A stretch of 64,000 nucleotides of DNA from a bacterium (GTDB lineage Bacteria; SAR324; XYD2-FULL-50-16), in contig JAVVEA010000012.1 in NCBI GenBank assembly GCA_032250835.1, positions 1 through 64,000 on the forward strand, read 5' to 3'. A program made the position numbers and the translations under genes. The notes beneath the pieces were generated by a model that did not search any database, was not told the DNA's origin, and was given only the letters and a program-made list of their open reading frames with translations. Shown piece by piece: positions 18,232 through 27,880 of the stretch (position 1 is the first letter of the stretch; each line of letters begins with the position of its first letter).

Positions 18232-20567
18232 ATGATGCGTACCCTTTGGTTTTTACCCCTTTTGTTGCTGGCCTTAGCTGGCTGCCTCGACAATGGCGGT
18301 GGTGCTTACGTCACCGCCAATATCCAGCTAGAAGACGCTCCCGGCCAAGCTGCGGTGGCTCCCGCTGGAGCCCGTGCGGCGGCCTTAAAAACCTCGCTGA
18401 TCATGGTGGTCCCCTCTACGGTGACCGCCAGCGAGGCGCTGCACTACAGCCGCCCGACCCAGGTCTTTGATCAAGCCTTAGAAGAGGTCGGTAGCGGCAG
18501 CGTGACGCTGCGCCTGCCAGTCGGTGAGTCACTGAAGCTGATCAAATTCACCTTCGCCGAAAGCCTAAGTATCGACCAAATCTTCGCCAACCAGCCCATT
18601 CCCTACGGCACCGCCACGAGCGCCGCCTTCGAGATCACCGCGAAGACCAGCGACCTGACGGTGACCCTCTTCGCCGAAGATTTGGTCCTGAACCAACCGC
18701 TTTACAGCACCGCTGCGGGCCGATACAAACTGACCCTAACCGGCAAGCAGGCCTTTGATGCCGGGCGGGGGTTTTCAGGACAATTCACCCAAAACTCTGG
18801 GGAAACCAGCATGGGTGACTATCTTTTATGGGTTTATGGGGCAGAGAGCCCTACCGAAGCTGTCCAATTCTTGGAAAACAGCAACCGGACCTTGAGCCTC
18901 TACGCCAACATGCTCTTTCCGAATCCCGCCAATGCGGCGCTGTTCGAACTCTTTGTGCCCTTTGCCGACGCCACGCTCCCCGCGACCACAACCAGCAGTT
19001 GGATCGAGCCCAAACACGCAACCGCTTGGACTATGGCTTTTTATGACGCCTCGGGCAACCCAGTCACCCCCAATTGTTACCAAGTTGATCCTACTTTGTA
19101 CGGCACCGGTTGCCCCGAAGCGAGCGAGCATTTTTATGAGGAAATGGCGATTTCTTGGACCGCTGGCATCCCCACGGTGACGCGGACCTTTAAATCGGCC
19201 AACCGAAGCAAGTACCAACTGGTCGAAACCTACGCCGCCCATCCAGGTGCTGACATACCCAGCATCTGGGCTTGGTCTAGCTTCAAGCCAAGCCATAAAT
19301 ATTATAAATCCAACGTGACGCTGTACCAAAACACCGCCGCCAACACCGCGACCACCACCACCTGGACCGCCCTGGGCAGCCGCACCACCAGTGTCACTTG
19401 GACCCCTTCAAGCACCGGTTTGACTACGGTCACGACCAACAGCTGCCTCAACGCCAGCGGAACCGAAGCGACCTGGAGCGCGGCGTTAAACACCAATGGC
19501 ACCTCCTACGTTGCCGCTCAGTTTACCGGTTTCAGCACCGCCCAAGTGGGCTATACCTTCAACTCTGCCGGTGATTGGGCTGCTTCAATAAGCTGTAGTT
19601 TCAGCGGCTCGACCAGCCGGCAGGTCACCACGAACGATTATAGCCAATCTGCCACCACCGAAGAGGTGACGCTCGATTCGTCAGACGTCTATTATCTGGC
19701 TTCGGGTAGTCTTTCAAGCGCCACTAAAGCCACCTTTGTCTATGCTGATTGGGGGGCTTTAAGACCTAAATCGCTTACTTACAAAAGCTATAGCGATCTT
19801 TTCACCACTTACGATCTAAACGGCTCTTTTTTTGACTATACCTACAATAACCTAGGCCTGATCACGGGGATCACCAATTACCAAGCGACCAGCACTGCGG
19901 TGTTGGGTAAGACCTCTTCTTACGCCTATGAATATGACGCCCAGGGCCGGTACACCTCTTTCGCGGCTTCCACTTGGAGCAACGACGTAGAAGCACCGCT
20001 GTATAAAGTGGTGTTTGGGCGCGACGCCAGTGGCCGGATCTCCAGCGAGCGGTCTTACGCCTATTCAGGCACGACCCTATCCACCACGGCCACCTGCGCC
20101 AGCGGCTACAACCGGGCTTTGGATTATACCTACAGTTTCCCTGATACCGGCGGCATGACGGTGACGGTACAGAGCTACTGTAGCAACTCGGTCTTATCCA
20201 CCGCGGCGCAAAACCAATGGACCGTGGCCTATGACTCCAATGGGTTGATCACCCAAATTGTGAATTATCAGCTGGTCAACGCCACCCTGACCAAGTCCCT
20301 ACAGGTAGATTATAGCTACGACAGCAACCTTAACCTGACCTTAAAGAAAACCACCACCTACAACACAGCACGGGAGTCGCTTCTGGAGCCTCAGGCACTG
20401 GATACGCCTATGATGCCCAAAACTTCCGCACCGGGGAGTGGAGCATTAGCTACGGTGGCACCAACTTGGCGACCGAGACCATCAACACCACCAGCAATTC
20501 GTCTTTCCACAATTCAGCCGGTACGGTTCTGAGCTTCAATACACGCGGGGTCTATACCTATGAATAG
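18232..20567 (+). CDS. Large Thr/Ser-rich lipoprotein with YD-like repeats; 1-bp frameshift near 20366
   Basis: Lipobox LAGC; YEYDAQGR, AYDSNG and SYDSNL repeats. The alternative frame from 20367 continues STGVASGASGTGYAYDAQNFRT...YTYE to a stop at 20567. Confidence 0.75.
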
Positions 20568-20585
20568 CCCCCAGGACTAGGGCCC

Positions 20586-20632
20586 AAACAAAAAGCCCCG
20601 GCACTCAGGCGAGTGTCGGGGCTTTTTTGTTT
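20586..20632 (+). terminator. Rho-independent (bidirectional) terminator
   Basis: gccccggcactc-aggc-gagtgtcggggc stem flanked by A and T tracts. Confidence 0.9.
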
Positions 20633-20710
20633 GGGGGTGATACGCTTTAGGGCTTGGATAATCTTGAAAGTCATGAATATCTATGTATAGGAGAGCCCAA
20701 GGAGTATAAC

Positions 20711-21588
20711 ATGAAGCTGTTCGATCTGGTCAAAAAACTCGGGACTCAAGAACAATGCCTTTCTTTGCTCGAAGAGGTGCGCTGGGGAAGCAGCCATCCG
20801 ACCTGTCCTTATTGTGGCAGTAAACAAGTTAGTCGGCACAAAGAAAAAGTGAGGCAGTCACGTTGGCAGTGTTCAGGCTGCCAAAAGTCGTACAGCGTGA
20901 CCGTGGGGACTATCTTCCACAGAACCCACCTGGAACTTCCCAAATGGTTTGCCATCCTTTCCTAAGTGCTGAATGCCAACAAGAGTTTGGGCAGCCATCA
21001 AATATCCAGAGACATTGGGATTCGGCAACCAACTGTTCTGAGCATCCAAACCCGGATTCGCAAAGCTATGTCCTCCGATCAAGCTCAACTGCTTCAAGGT
21101 ATCGTCGAATTGGACGTAACCTATACTTAGAGAAAAGCCTCGCAAGAAAGGCGAATCAAAACGAAGTAGGGGGGACCAACAAAATGGCTGTTGTTAGTGC
21201 CGTCGAGCGAGGCGGCAAGGTCCTAGCCAAGCCGGCAAAGGAAAACAAGTTGAATTTCAAGATTCTTAGTGGTTTCGTCCGTGAAACCGTGGACACCGGG
21301 AGGGCTGAACTGCTAACGAATGAATACAAAGGCTATGGTGGTATGACGGTTGTTTTACCTCATTCAGAGATCAATCATAATTTGGCGTACTCGTTCATGA
21401 ACGTTCACACCAACACGATTGAGGGATTCGGTTACCTGCTCAAGCGGGCGTGGTTCGGCCAACATCACCACTATAGCAGAAAGAAAGCCCATCTATACTT
21501 TGGGGAAGCCTGCTACAAGTACAATAACCGGAAGAATGGGAACACCTTCTTCGATATAATCCGCAACCTTCTTTCCGGCTCAAAATAA
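20711..21588 (+). pseudogene. IS1595-family (ISXO2-like) transposase, inactivated
   Basis: Zn ribbon CPYC...CSGC, GTIFH, GIVELDVTY, LLTNEYKGY, HTNTIEGF. In-frame TAA at 20963-20965, then a further stop/frameshift near 21127. Confidence 0.9.
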
Positions 21589-23924
21589 TGGCCAACGAAG
21601 CAAAGACTATAGACCTTACCGGCAAACTGCTTGCCGGTCATGGGTACAGCGATTCTGGGGTGACTATCGAGCGGGAGCTATCGGATTCTCCGAAGATCAA
21701 AAAGCTATTAGCCAACGCATCCAAGAAAGGAGCGGGGTTCGGTAAGCCCGACTTCATTATCCGATCCGAAAACTACCCAGAGTTACTACTAGTTATCGAA
21801 TGCAAGGCCGAAAACAAGTTCCACGAAAGCGCAACGGGCGACCAATACGCCGACTACGCCGCTGATGGAGCCAAGCTATACGCCTCCTTTCTGGCCAAGG
21901 AATATGACGTTATCGCGATTGCAATCAGTGGTCAGGATGAAAAGGAGTTTCGAATTTCGCACTTCTTGAACTTGAAGGGCCAAGACAAGGCCTATCCGAT
22001 GGACTGGCAGGGGATCATGGCTTTGGGTGGCTACCACACCGCCTACATGAAGACTGACCTGAAATTCAACCAGGACTATGATGCCCTATTGGTCTATTCC
22101 AAGAAACTCAACGACAAGCTGCACTCCAAAAAGATCAAGGAATCACAACGAAGCCTGCTGATCAGCGCTGTTCTAATTTCGCTAGGAAATAAAGCGTTTC
22201 GGCTCGCCTATAAAGCCTATGACAAAGCTTCTGAAATTGCCGCCCAACTGTACAATACCGTCAAACTAGAGTTAGACCGATCCGAGATACCCAAGGAAAA
22301 AGTGAAGAACATCCTTCACGCCTATTCCTTCATTCAGGTCAATGCCAGCCTGACCGGGAACAAGGAATTTGTGTTGGAACTGATTGATGAAATCGATGAG
22401 AATATCAACGGATTCATCAAGACTCACGCCTACTTTGACGCAATCGGCCAATTCTATATCGAGTTCCTCCGCTATGCCAACGCCGATAAGGGGCTAGGAA
22501 TCGTCCTGACCCCGCCTCATATCACTAAGCTGTTCGTGAAGCTTGCCGAGATCGACAAAGACAGCGTGGTCTTGGACAACTGTTGCGGGACCGGCGGATT
22601 CCTGATCAGTGCCATGCACCGAATGGTCCAGGATACTAAAGGCGATCAAGCAAAGGAAGCGGCAATCAAGGAAAAGCAACTGGTTGGTATTGAATGGCAA
22701 GACGATATTTACGCCTTGGCCGCCTCCAACATGATTCTGCATGAAGACGGCAAAAGCAACATTTTGCAGGGTGACTGCTTCAAATTGGTTGATGAGGTAA
22801 AAAATAGGTTCAAGCCCACGGCGGCATTGCTGAACCCACCGTATAAGAGCCAATCCTCGGACCCGGAAGAATTGGAGTTCGCCTTGAACGCCTTGGAAAT
22901 GATCGAAAAGGGCGGAAAATGCGTGATAATCCTCCCCATGAGTTGCGCCCTGGCCCAAAGTGGAGTCCGCTTGGAGAAAAAGCGAAAGCTTCTGGACCAG
23001 CATACGCTGGAAGCGGTTCTGTCTATGCCGGATGAGCTTTTCCATAACTCAAAGGTGGGCGTAGTCACTTGCGTTATGGTCTTCACGGCTAATAAGCCGC
23101 ACCCTAAAGACAAAAAGACTTGGTTCGGATACTGGAAGGATGATGGATTCACCAAAATCAAGAACAAGGGCCGAATCGACCAGCTCAACAAATGGGATGA
23201 GATCGAGAAGACGTGGCTTTCGGCATATCAAAATCGGGACGATGTTCCAGGCCACAGCGTCAAGCAAGTGATCACACACGAAGACGAGTGGTGCGCTGAG
23301 GCTTACATGGAGACGGCGTATGAAGACTTGAATCAGGAGTCTTTTGCGGCCGAGGTTAGGAAATACATTGCCTTCAAAGTGATGAATCATCTCAGGTTCG
23401 AATTCGGTACTCTGCCGATCACTTCGCCAAAACGGAGCTCTCCCGCGCCGCCGATCAACCTCGAAGCTTGGCGTTGGTTCGAGTTGCAAGAAATTTTCGA
23501 TCTGAAAAAGGGAAAACGCCTGACCAAAGAAGCCATGCAGCTAGGCGAGACTCCTTTTATCGGAGCGATCGACTCGAACAATGGGTATCGGGAGTGGATT
23601 GCCGACCTGCCAAACCATCAAAGCTGTACCTTGACGGTGAACTACAATGGATCGGTGGCCGAAGCCTTTTACCAGCCCGAACCCTTCTGGGCCTCGGACG
23701 ACGTGAACGTGCTGTATCCGAAGTTCGCCATGACTCCGGCAATCGGCCTGTTCATCTGTGCGATAATTCGCATGGAAAAGTACCGGTTCAACTATGGGCG
23801 CAAATGGCACCTTGAACGAATGAAGGAGTCCAGAATCAAGCTCCCCGTCGATCCCGACGGCAATCCAGATTGGGACTATATGCAAAACTACGTCGAGTCG
23901 CAGCCCTTTAGCTCACAGATTTAA
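21588..23924 (+). CDS. Single-chain restriction-modification enzyme (PD-(D/E)XK nuclease + N6-adenine MTase + TRD; BcgIA/Type IIG-like)
   Basis: PDFII...VIECK, LDNCCGTGGFL (motif I), NPPY (motif IV), C-terminal HsdS-like domain. Confidence 0.9.
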   Translation: MANEAKTIDLTGKLLAGHGYSDSGVTIERELSDSPKIKKLLANASKKGAGFGKPDFIIRSENYPELLLVIECKAENKFHESATGDQYADYAADGAKLYASFLAKEYDVIAIAISGQDEKEFRISHFLNLKGQDKAYPMDWQGIMALGGYHTAYMKTDLKFNQDYDALLVYSKKLNDKLHSKKIKESQRSLLISAVLISLGNKAFRLAYKAYDKASEIAAQLYNTVKLELDRSEIPKEKVKNILHAYSFIQVNASLTGNKEFVLELIDEIDENINGFIKTHAYFDAIGQFYIEFLRYANADKGLGIVLTPPHITKLFVKLAEIDKDSVVLDNCCGTGGFLISAMHRMVQDTKGDQAKEAAIKEKQLVGIEWQDDIYALAASNMILHEDGKSNILQGDCFKLVDEVKNRFKPTAALLNPPYKSQSSDPEELEFALNALEMIEKGGKCVIILPMSCALAQSGVRLEKKRKLLDQHTLEAVLSMPDELFHNSKVGVVTCVMVFTANKPHPKDKKTWFGYWKDDGFTKIKNKGRIDQLNKWDEIEKTWLSAYQNRDDVPGHSVKQVITHEDEWCAEAYMETAYEDLNQESFAAEVRKYIAFKVMNHLRFEFGTLPITSPKRSSPAPPINLEAWRWFELQEIFDLKKGKRLTKEAMQLGETPFIGAIDSNNGYREWIADLPNHQSCTLTVNYNGSVAEAFYQPEPFWASDDVNVLYPKFAMTPAIGLFICAIIRMEKYRFNYGRKWHLERMKESRIKLPVDPDGNPDWDYMQNYVESQPFSSQI

Positions 23925-23987
23925 CCGGAAATGAAAAAGCCCTAAAACGTATCATTCCCTTTGTTTTAGTCGGTTTGTTATAAGTCC

Positions 23988-24308
23988 CTAATCCAGTATC
24001 CCCGGCAAGGGATAGTCACCTCGGCGTTTTTTGAAGGCTTCAGCATCTTCAAAGGGGCGCTGGTAGTAACAACTGCGGATCGTCTCTTTGGTCTCGCCGC
24101 GGTGTTCTGCTTCAGCCAGTTCGTCCATCTCGTAGCGGAATTCCTCCAGATGGCGGATCACTTCGGCTAGCTTTTTATGGCAATAAGCGCTTTGGCCGTA
24201 GCGGGCCGTAAGGAATTCTAAAGAGCGCGAGAGGAACTCGGCGCTGCGTTGGACCTCTTTGCCGAATTCTTGGTGTTCGGCCAGTTTCAGACCCCGGGTA
24301 TCCTTCAT
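23988..24308 (-). CDS. Hypothetical helical protein
   Basis: 106-aa ORF 10 bp downstream of the response regulator, with gene-like composition. Confidence 0.65.
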   Translation of the reverse strand: MKDTRGLKLAEHQEFGKEVQRSAEFLSRSLEFLTARYGQSAYCHKKLAEVIRHLEEFRYEMDELAEAEHRGETKETIRSCYYQRPFEDAEAFKKRRGDYPLPGILD

Positions 24309-24318
24309 GATGATTCCA

Positions 24319-24960
24319 TTAGGGCGAAGCGATACCGCGTTCGAGGGCGTAACGGATCAACCCCGCAAGGTTTTCAATATGCAACTTTTGCATGATCCGG
24401 CTGCGGTGGGACTCCACGGTACGTACGCTGAGGTCGAGGTGGTCGGCGGCTTCTTTGCTGGTGAGGCCATCGGCGATCAGGCGCAGGACCTCTTTTTCCC
24501 GCCCCGTCAGCGGGAGGGTTTCTTCGGGAGCCGAAACCACCTGATTGCTGAGTTTTTCGCTAACATAACGTTCGCCGTGGATCACCGAGTCAATGGCGCG
24601 CAGCAGCTCGTCGAGGCTAGTGTCTTTGGTTAGGTAGCCGTCACAGTCGAGCTTAAACATCTCTGTTTGGTACTGTTCACGCCGGTGCATACTGACGGCG
24701 ATCACCCGAACTTGGGGGTAGGTCTTTTTGACCTGACGCACCAATTCAAAGCCATCTACCCGAGGCATGTCGATATCGGTCAAAACCACGTCGGGAGCCC
24801 GCTGGGCGATCAATTCCATCGCCTGTTGCCCATCTTCAGCGACCCGGATCTGTGCTTCACCAAAATGCCCGGCCAGCAGGGCTTTCATACCCAACCGGAA
24901 GAGGGCATGATCGTCAGCGATCAGGATTTGCAGGGTTGATTCGGCTTTACTCATGTCCAT
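24319..24960 (-). CDS. NarL/LuxR-family response regulator
   Basis: ILIADDH, DIDMP, LTGREKEVL...SVRTVESHR. Confidence 0.95.
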   Translation of the reverse strand: MDMSKAESTLQILIADDHALFRLGMKALLAGHFGEAQIRVAEDGQQAMELIAQRAPDVVLTDIDMPRVDGFELVRQVKKTYPQVRVIAVSMHRREQYQTEMFKLDCDGYLTKDTSLDELLRAIDSVIHGERYVSEKLSNQVVSAPEETLPLTGREKEVLRLIADGLTSKEAADHLDLSVRTVESHRSRIMQKLHIENLAGLIRYALERGIASP

Positions 24961-25055
24961 TCCATCTCTTGTTTACACGCCACCTCGAACCCTAACATAA
25001 CCGGTTAAAGACAGACCTGCCAAGGAGAAAGGGCACTAGAAAATAAACCAGCCAG

Positions 25056-25128
25056 AAAAAAAGGAAATCCACCGGCGGAACCACTTGGCTCGAAAGAGCC
25101 AAGTTACGGGGGAGGTTCCGCCGGTGGA
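25056..25128 (-). terminator. Branched GC-rich hairpin with U-tract (terminator or 3'-derived sRNA)
   Basis: 15-bp perfect stem 25068-25082/25114-25128 enclosing a 9-bp stem. A T-run follows on the minus strand. Confidence 0.65.
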
Positions 25129-25166
25129 AGGTTAACGAACAGGGGATAACGAGAAGATTGCAACCC

Positions 25167-25601
25167 TTAGGAACTCTCGTTATCCCCTGCCCGCATTTGG
25201 GCGCCTACTTTTAAAAAGCGGGCAAAGGGGCAGCTTTCCACCGCAAGGTGGTGGTTGAGCCAATCACGTAGCAGGCGTACCGCTTCAACGCTGATCAAAA
25301 AGTCGGCCTCAAACTGAAAGCGGTGGTGCAGCTGGCGCGCCTTGACCGCAAAGGAATGGTGGGCCAACTGGTGGACCTCTATTTCCGGGCAAGCACCAGC
25401 CACCAACAGCGCCCGCTCCACCTCAAAATGCCGCTGGGCATAATCTAAAAACTGCTCCAACAAAGGCCCCAACACTTGGCGGCTGTCCCCGTAAGACATC
25501 GCCACTTCCAGCCCGTTGAGCAAATTAACCAGCGCCTTGTGTTGCTTATCGACGCTACTGACGCCGATCTCAAAGGTTGATTCCCATTGGATCGTATTCA
25601 T
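25167..25601 (-). CDS. Bacteriohemerythrin family protein
   Basis: W...IGVSSVDKQH, HFEVE, HQLAH, WLNHH; SD before ATG 25601. Confidence 0.85.
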   Translation of the reverse strand: MNTIQWESTFEIGVSSVDKQHKALVNLLNGLEVAMSYGDSRQVLGPLLEQFLDYAQRHFEVERALLVAGACPEIEVHQLAHHSFAVKARQLHHRFQFEADFLISVEAVRLLRDWLNHHLAVESCPFARFLKVGAQMRAGDNESS

Positions 25602-25626
25602 TGGGCCCCCTCCGGCCAAGCTGCGA

Positions 25627-27321
25627 TTAGGTAATCCCATTTTGCATATTCTCTAAGGCCGACTTCCAACGGCGCATCAAGTCCCCTAAGGCCCGCTGGT
25701 ATTTCAGTCGCTTGTAGATATTGGCCAAATAAACAAAGACGTCTTTATCTAGCTTCATCTCAAAGGCCAACTCAAAGTAGTGGATCGCCGACTGGAAGTT
25801 TTGCTGGGCTAGGTGGTCTTTGGCCGTTTGGATATGCCGCTGTCGCTTGGCTTCAAATTGGCTGTTGCGGTCTAGGCCCAACAGTTGGTTGAGTTCTTCT
25901 TGATAACTGGCCCCCCGAAAGACCTCGCCGCTCGCCTGGGCGGCTTTAGCGGCAAGTTCCAAGACCGACTGGTTGCGCTCAAAAAACAAGGCATGTTCGG
26001 CGAGGCTATGGGCCTTTTCAGCCTTTTTTGCCTTCAGCGCGTGCCCGGCCTCTTCCATATAAAAGCTTTGGACCTCGTCGATAAAGTCCCGTTTATCTTG
26101 GGCTTCCATTTCGATTTCAAAGCCCTTTTTGAAGGCCCCAAAGGCGTCTAGTAGCCGTTTTTTGTAGTACAGACACTGCCCCAATCGGATTTGCAACTGC
26201 GGGCTGGGTTCGTTGTCGGCGACGATCTGGAACAAAACCTGGGCTTCGTTGTATTTGCGGTGGTTAAAGTAACGTTCGGCCTGGTTTTTTATCTCGACCA
26301 TGCAATAATGACCGCGCGAGCGCTCCAACAAAAACCCCGCGCGGATCAAAAAGACAGAGGCCAAGAAATGTTTGCCCAGCCGCTTAAAAAGCAGCCCTAA
26401 GTTGGCGTTATAATACCGATCCGCCGGGTTGGACTTCTGCAAACGGCGCAGCGTCGCTTCGGCCCCTTCGGTTTCGCCCCGGTCTGCGTCCACAATCGCC
26501 TTCAGTAGCTCGCGGTAGCGGTATTCAAAACCCAGTTCTTGGAGCCGCGACAAGGCCGAATCCAAGCCATGCTGGTCCTGTGCTCTGGTGGCAAAGATCG
26601 CCTGGTTGATCAATAATTCGCGTAGTTCCTCGCGTTGTTCTTCGTCGAGCAGAGCCAGACCTAACTGCAAACAGAGCTGGATCCGGCTTTCCAGTTCGGT
26701 CACCATCTGCTCCGGGGCCACATGGTTTTCGGGCAGTTGGTCAAAGGCCTTTTCGTCGCCTAGTTGTTCTAGTAGCTCACGGGCCATTAAGCGGATATGG
26801 GTCGGCTCTCCCACCGGGTTGGGCACTACCAAGGACTTCAGGCCAATCAAGGGCTTAAGCAAACCGTTGATTTCATCATCGTACCTTTCTACGCCAGCTT
26901 CTAGGGCCGCCAAATTGAGCATCGCCCGCCGATTCCCTGGCGACTTTTCCAGGGATTTTTTATAACAGCCCGCCGCCTCGGCGCGGGCCCCGGTCATCCG
27001 GTATTGATTGCCCAAGGCGCAAAACAGAGCGGCGTCGCGCTCAAAAAAGGTCATCAGCGGCTTGCCGATGGTGATCGCCTCAGCGTGCCGGTTGTTGAGC
27101 ACAAAACCGTCAAAGAGATTGCGCATGTAAGGAGCAATCTTATCTTGACCTAAAATCAGTGCTTGGTTGAAGAGGCTGCGGGCTTCATCGTTGTTTTTAT
27201 CGTCAAGACGCACCAGAGCCTGAACCACCATCTGCTCGGCTTTTCGCTTTTTGCGCGATGGCAAGTGCACCTTACTCATCATGTTGCTTGAGCTTTCTGC
27301 CATCGATTTTTGGAAATTCAT
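25627..27321 (-). CDS. Tetratricopeptide repeat protein
   Basis: Repeated TPR-like helices (ALGNQYR...A...YKKSL, NLGLLF, LGQCLY). Confidence 0.8.
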   Translation of the reverse strand: MNFQKSMAESSSNMMSKVHLPSRKKRKAEQMVVQALVRLDDKNNDEARSLFNQALILGQDKIAPYMRNLFDGFVLNNRHAEAITIGKPLMTFFERDAALFCALGNQYRMTGARAEAAGCYKKSLEKSPGNRRAMLNLAALEAGVERYDDEINGLLKPLIGLKSLVVPNPVGEPTHIRLMARELLEQLGDEKAFDQLPENHVAPEQMVTELESRIQLCLQLGLALLDEEQREELRELLINQAIFATRAQDQHGLDSALSRLQELGFEYRYRELLKAIVDADRGETEGAEATLRRLQKSNPADRYYNANLGLLFKRLGKHFLASVFLIRAGFLLERSRGHYCMVEIKNQAERYFNHRKYNEAQVLFQIVADNEPSPQLQIRLGQCLYYKKRLLDAFGAFKKGFEIEMEAQDKRDFIDEVQSFYMEEAGHALKAKKAEKAHSLAEHALFFERNQSVLELAAKAAQASGEVFRGASYQEELNQLLGLDRNSQFEAKRQRHIQTAKDHLAQQNFQSAIHYFELAFEMKLDKDVFVYLANIYKRLKYQRALGDLMRRWKSALENMQNGIT

Positions 27322-27880
27322 GGTGACCTCAAAGCCGTAGTTACGGCTGGTGGTACGTTCGTAAGTTCAGTCCTAGTAACTAAGCAGGAGTTTCGAACTT
27401 TGTTGATTATACCATCGTAGATTCGCCCTAGGCCGTCAAAGGATGAGTCGGAAAAAGATGGAAAATCTCTCTAAAACCCCTTAAACAAAGTTAAGCCATT
27501 ATAAATACAGCGATAATAGAATATACCTAAGACATTAACCCTACCAAAATAGTAAAAAACAGGGATTTTACCTTGTTTTTACCAAATTTATATGTTGTTG
27601 TTTTATTGAAGAATCGTTAGATTACCCTGTAAGTTCGGCCAAAATCGGTCAAAAAGTCTTCTTTTGAGTAGACCTCAAAAAACGCGGTCCTCTGCTATGC
27701 TAGGCCCAGAACAGGCCGAAAGGGCAAGGGTAGCTTTCCTCTAGGTAGGTCATGGCCCTGTGTTTGAAGGATTTTTACCAACATTTACCATCTACTGATG
27801 CAGCAGCAGACCAAAGGGCGTGATAGAAGGGGGGCTAAGGTGACGGGGACCGAACCATCTATATTATTTATTGAGCTGTA

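Larger units (their letters stand above)
20633..23959 (+). mobile_element. IS1595-family transporter element carrying a restriction-modification gene
   Basis: TIRs gggggtgatacgctttagggctt (20633-20655) and the reverse complement of 23937-23959 (gggaatgatacgttttagggctt) match at 20/23. Flanking direct repeat tttgttt at 20626-20632 and 23960-23966. Confidence 0.9.

Noticed and set aside
20654-21588. Two separate genes or a programmed-frameshift transposase
   Set aside because: Several independent lesions and altered catalytic motifs indicate a single decayed IS1595 transposase.
25081-25110. c-di-GMP-I riboswitch suggested by the GAAA-capped hairpin
   Set aside because: It lacks the GGCAAA and GACGCAAA flanks, and the neighbouring genes are on the opposite strand.
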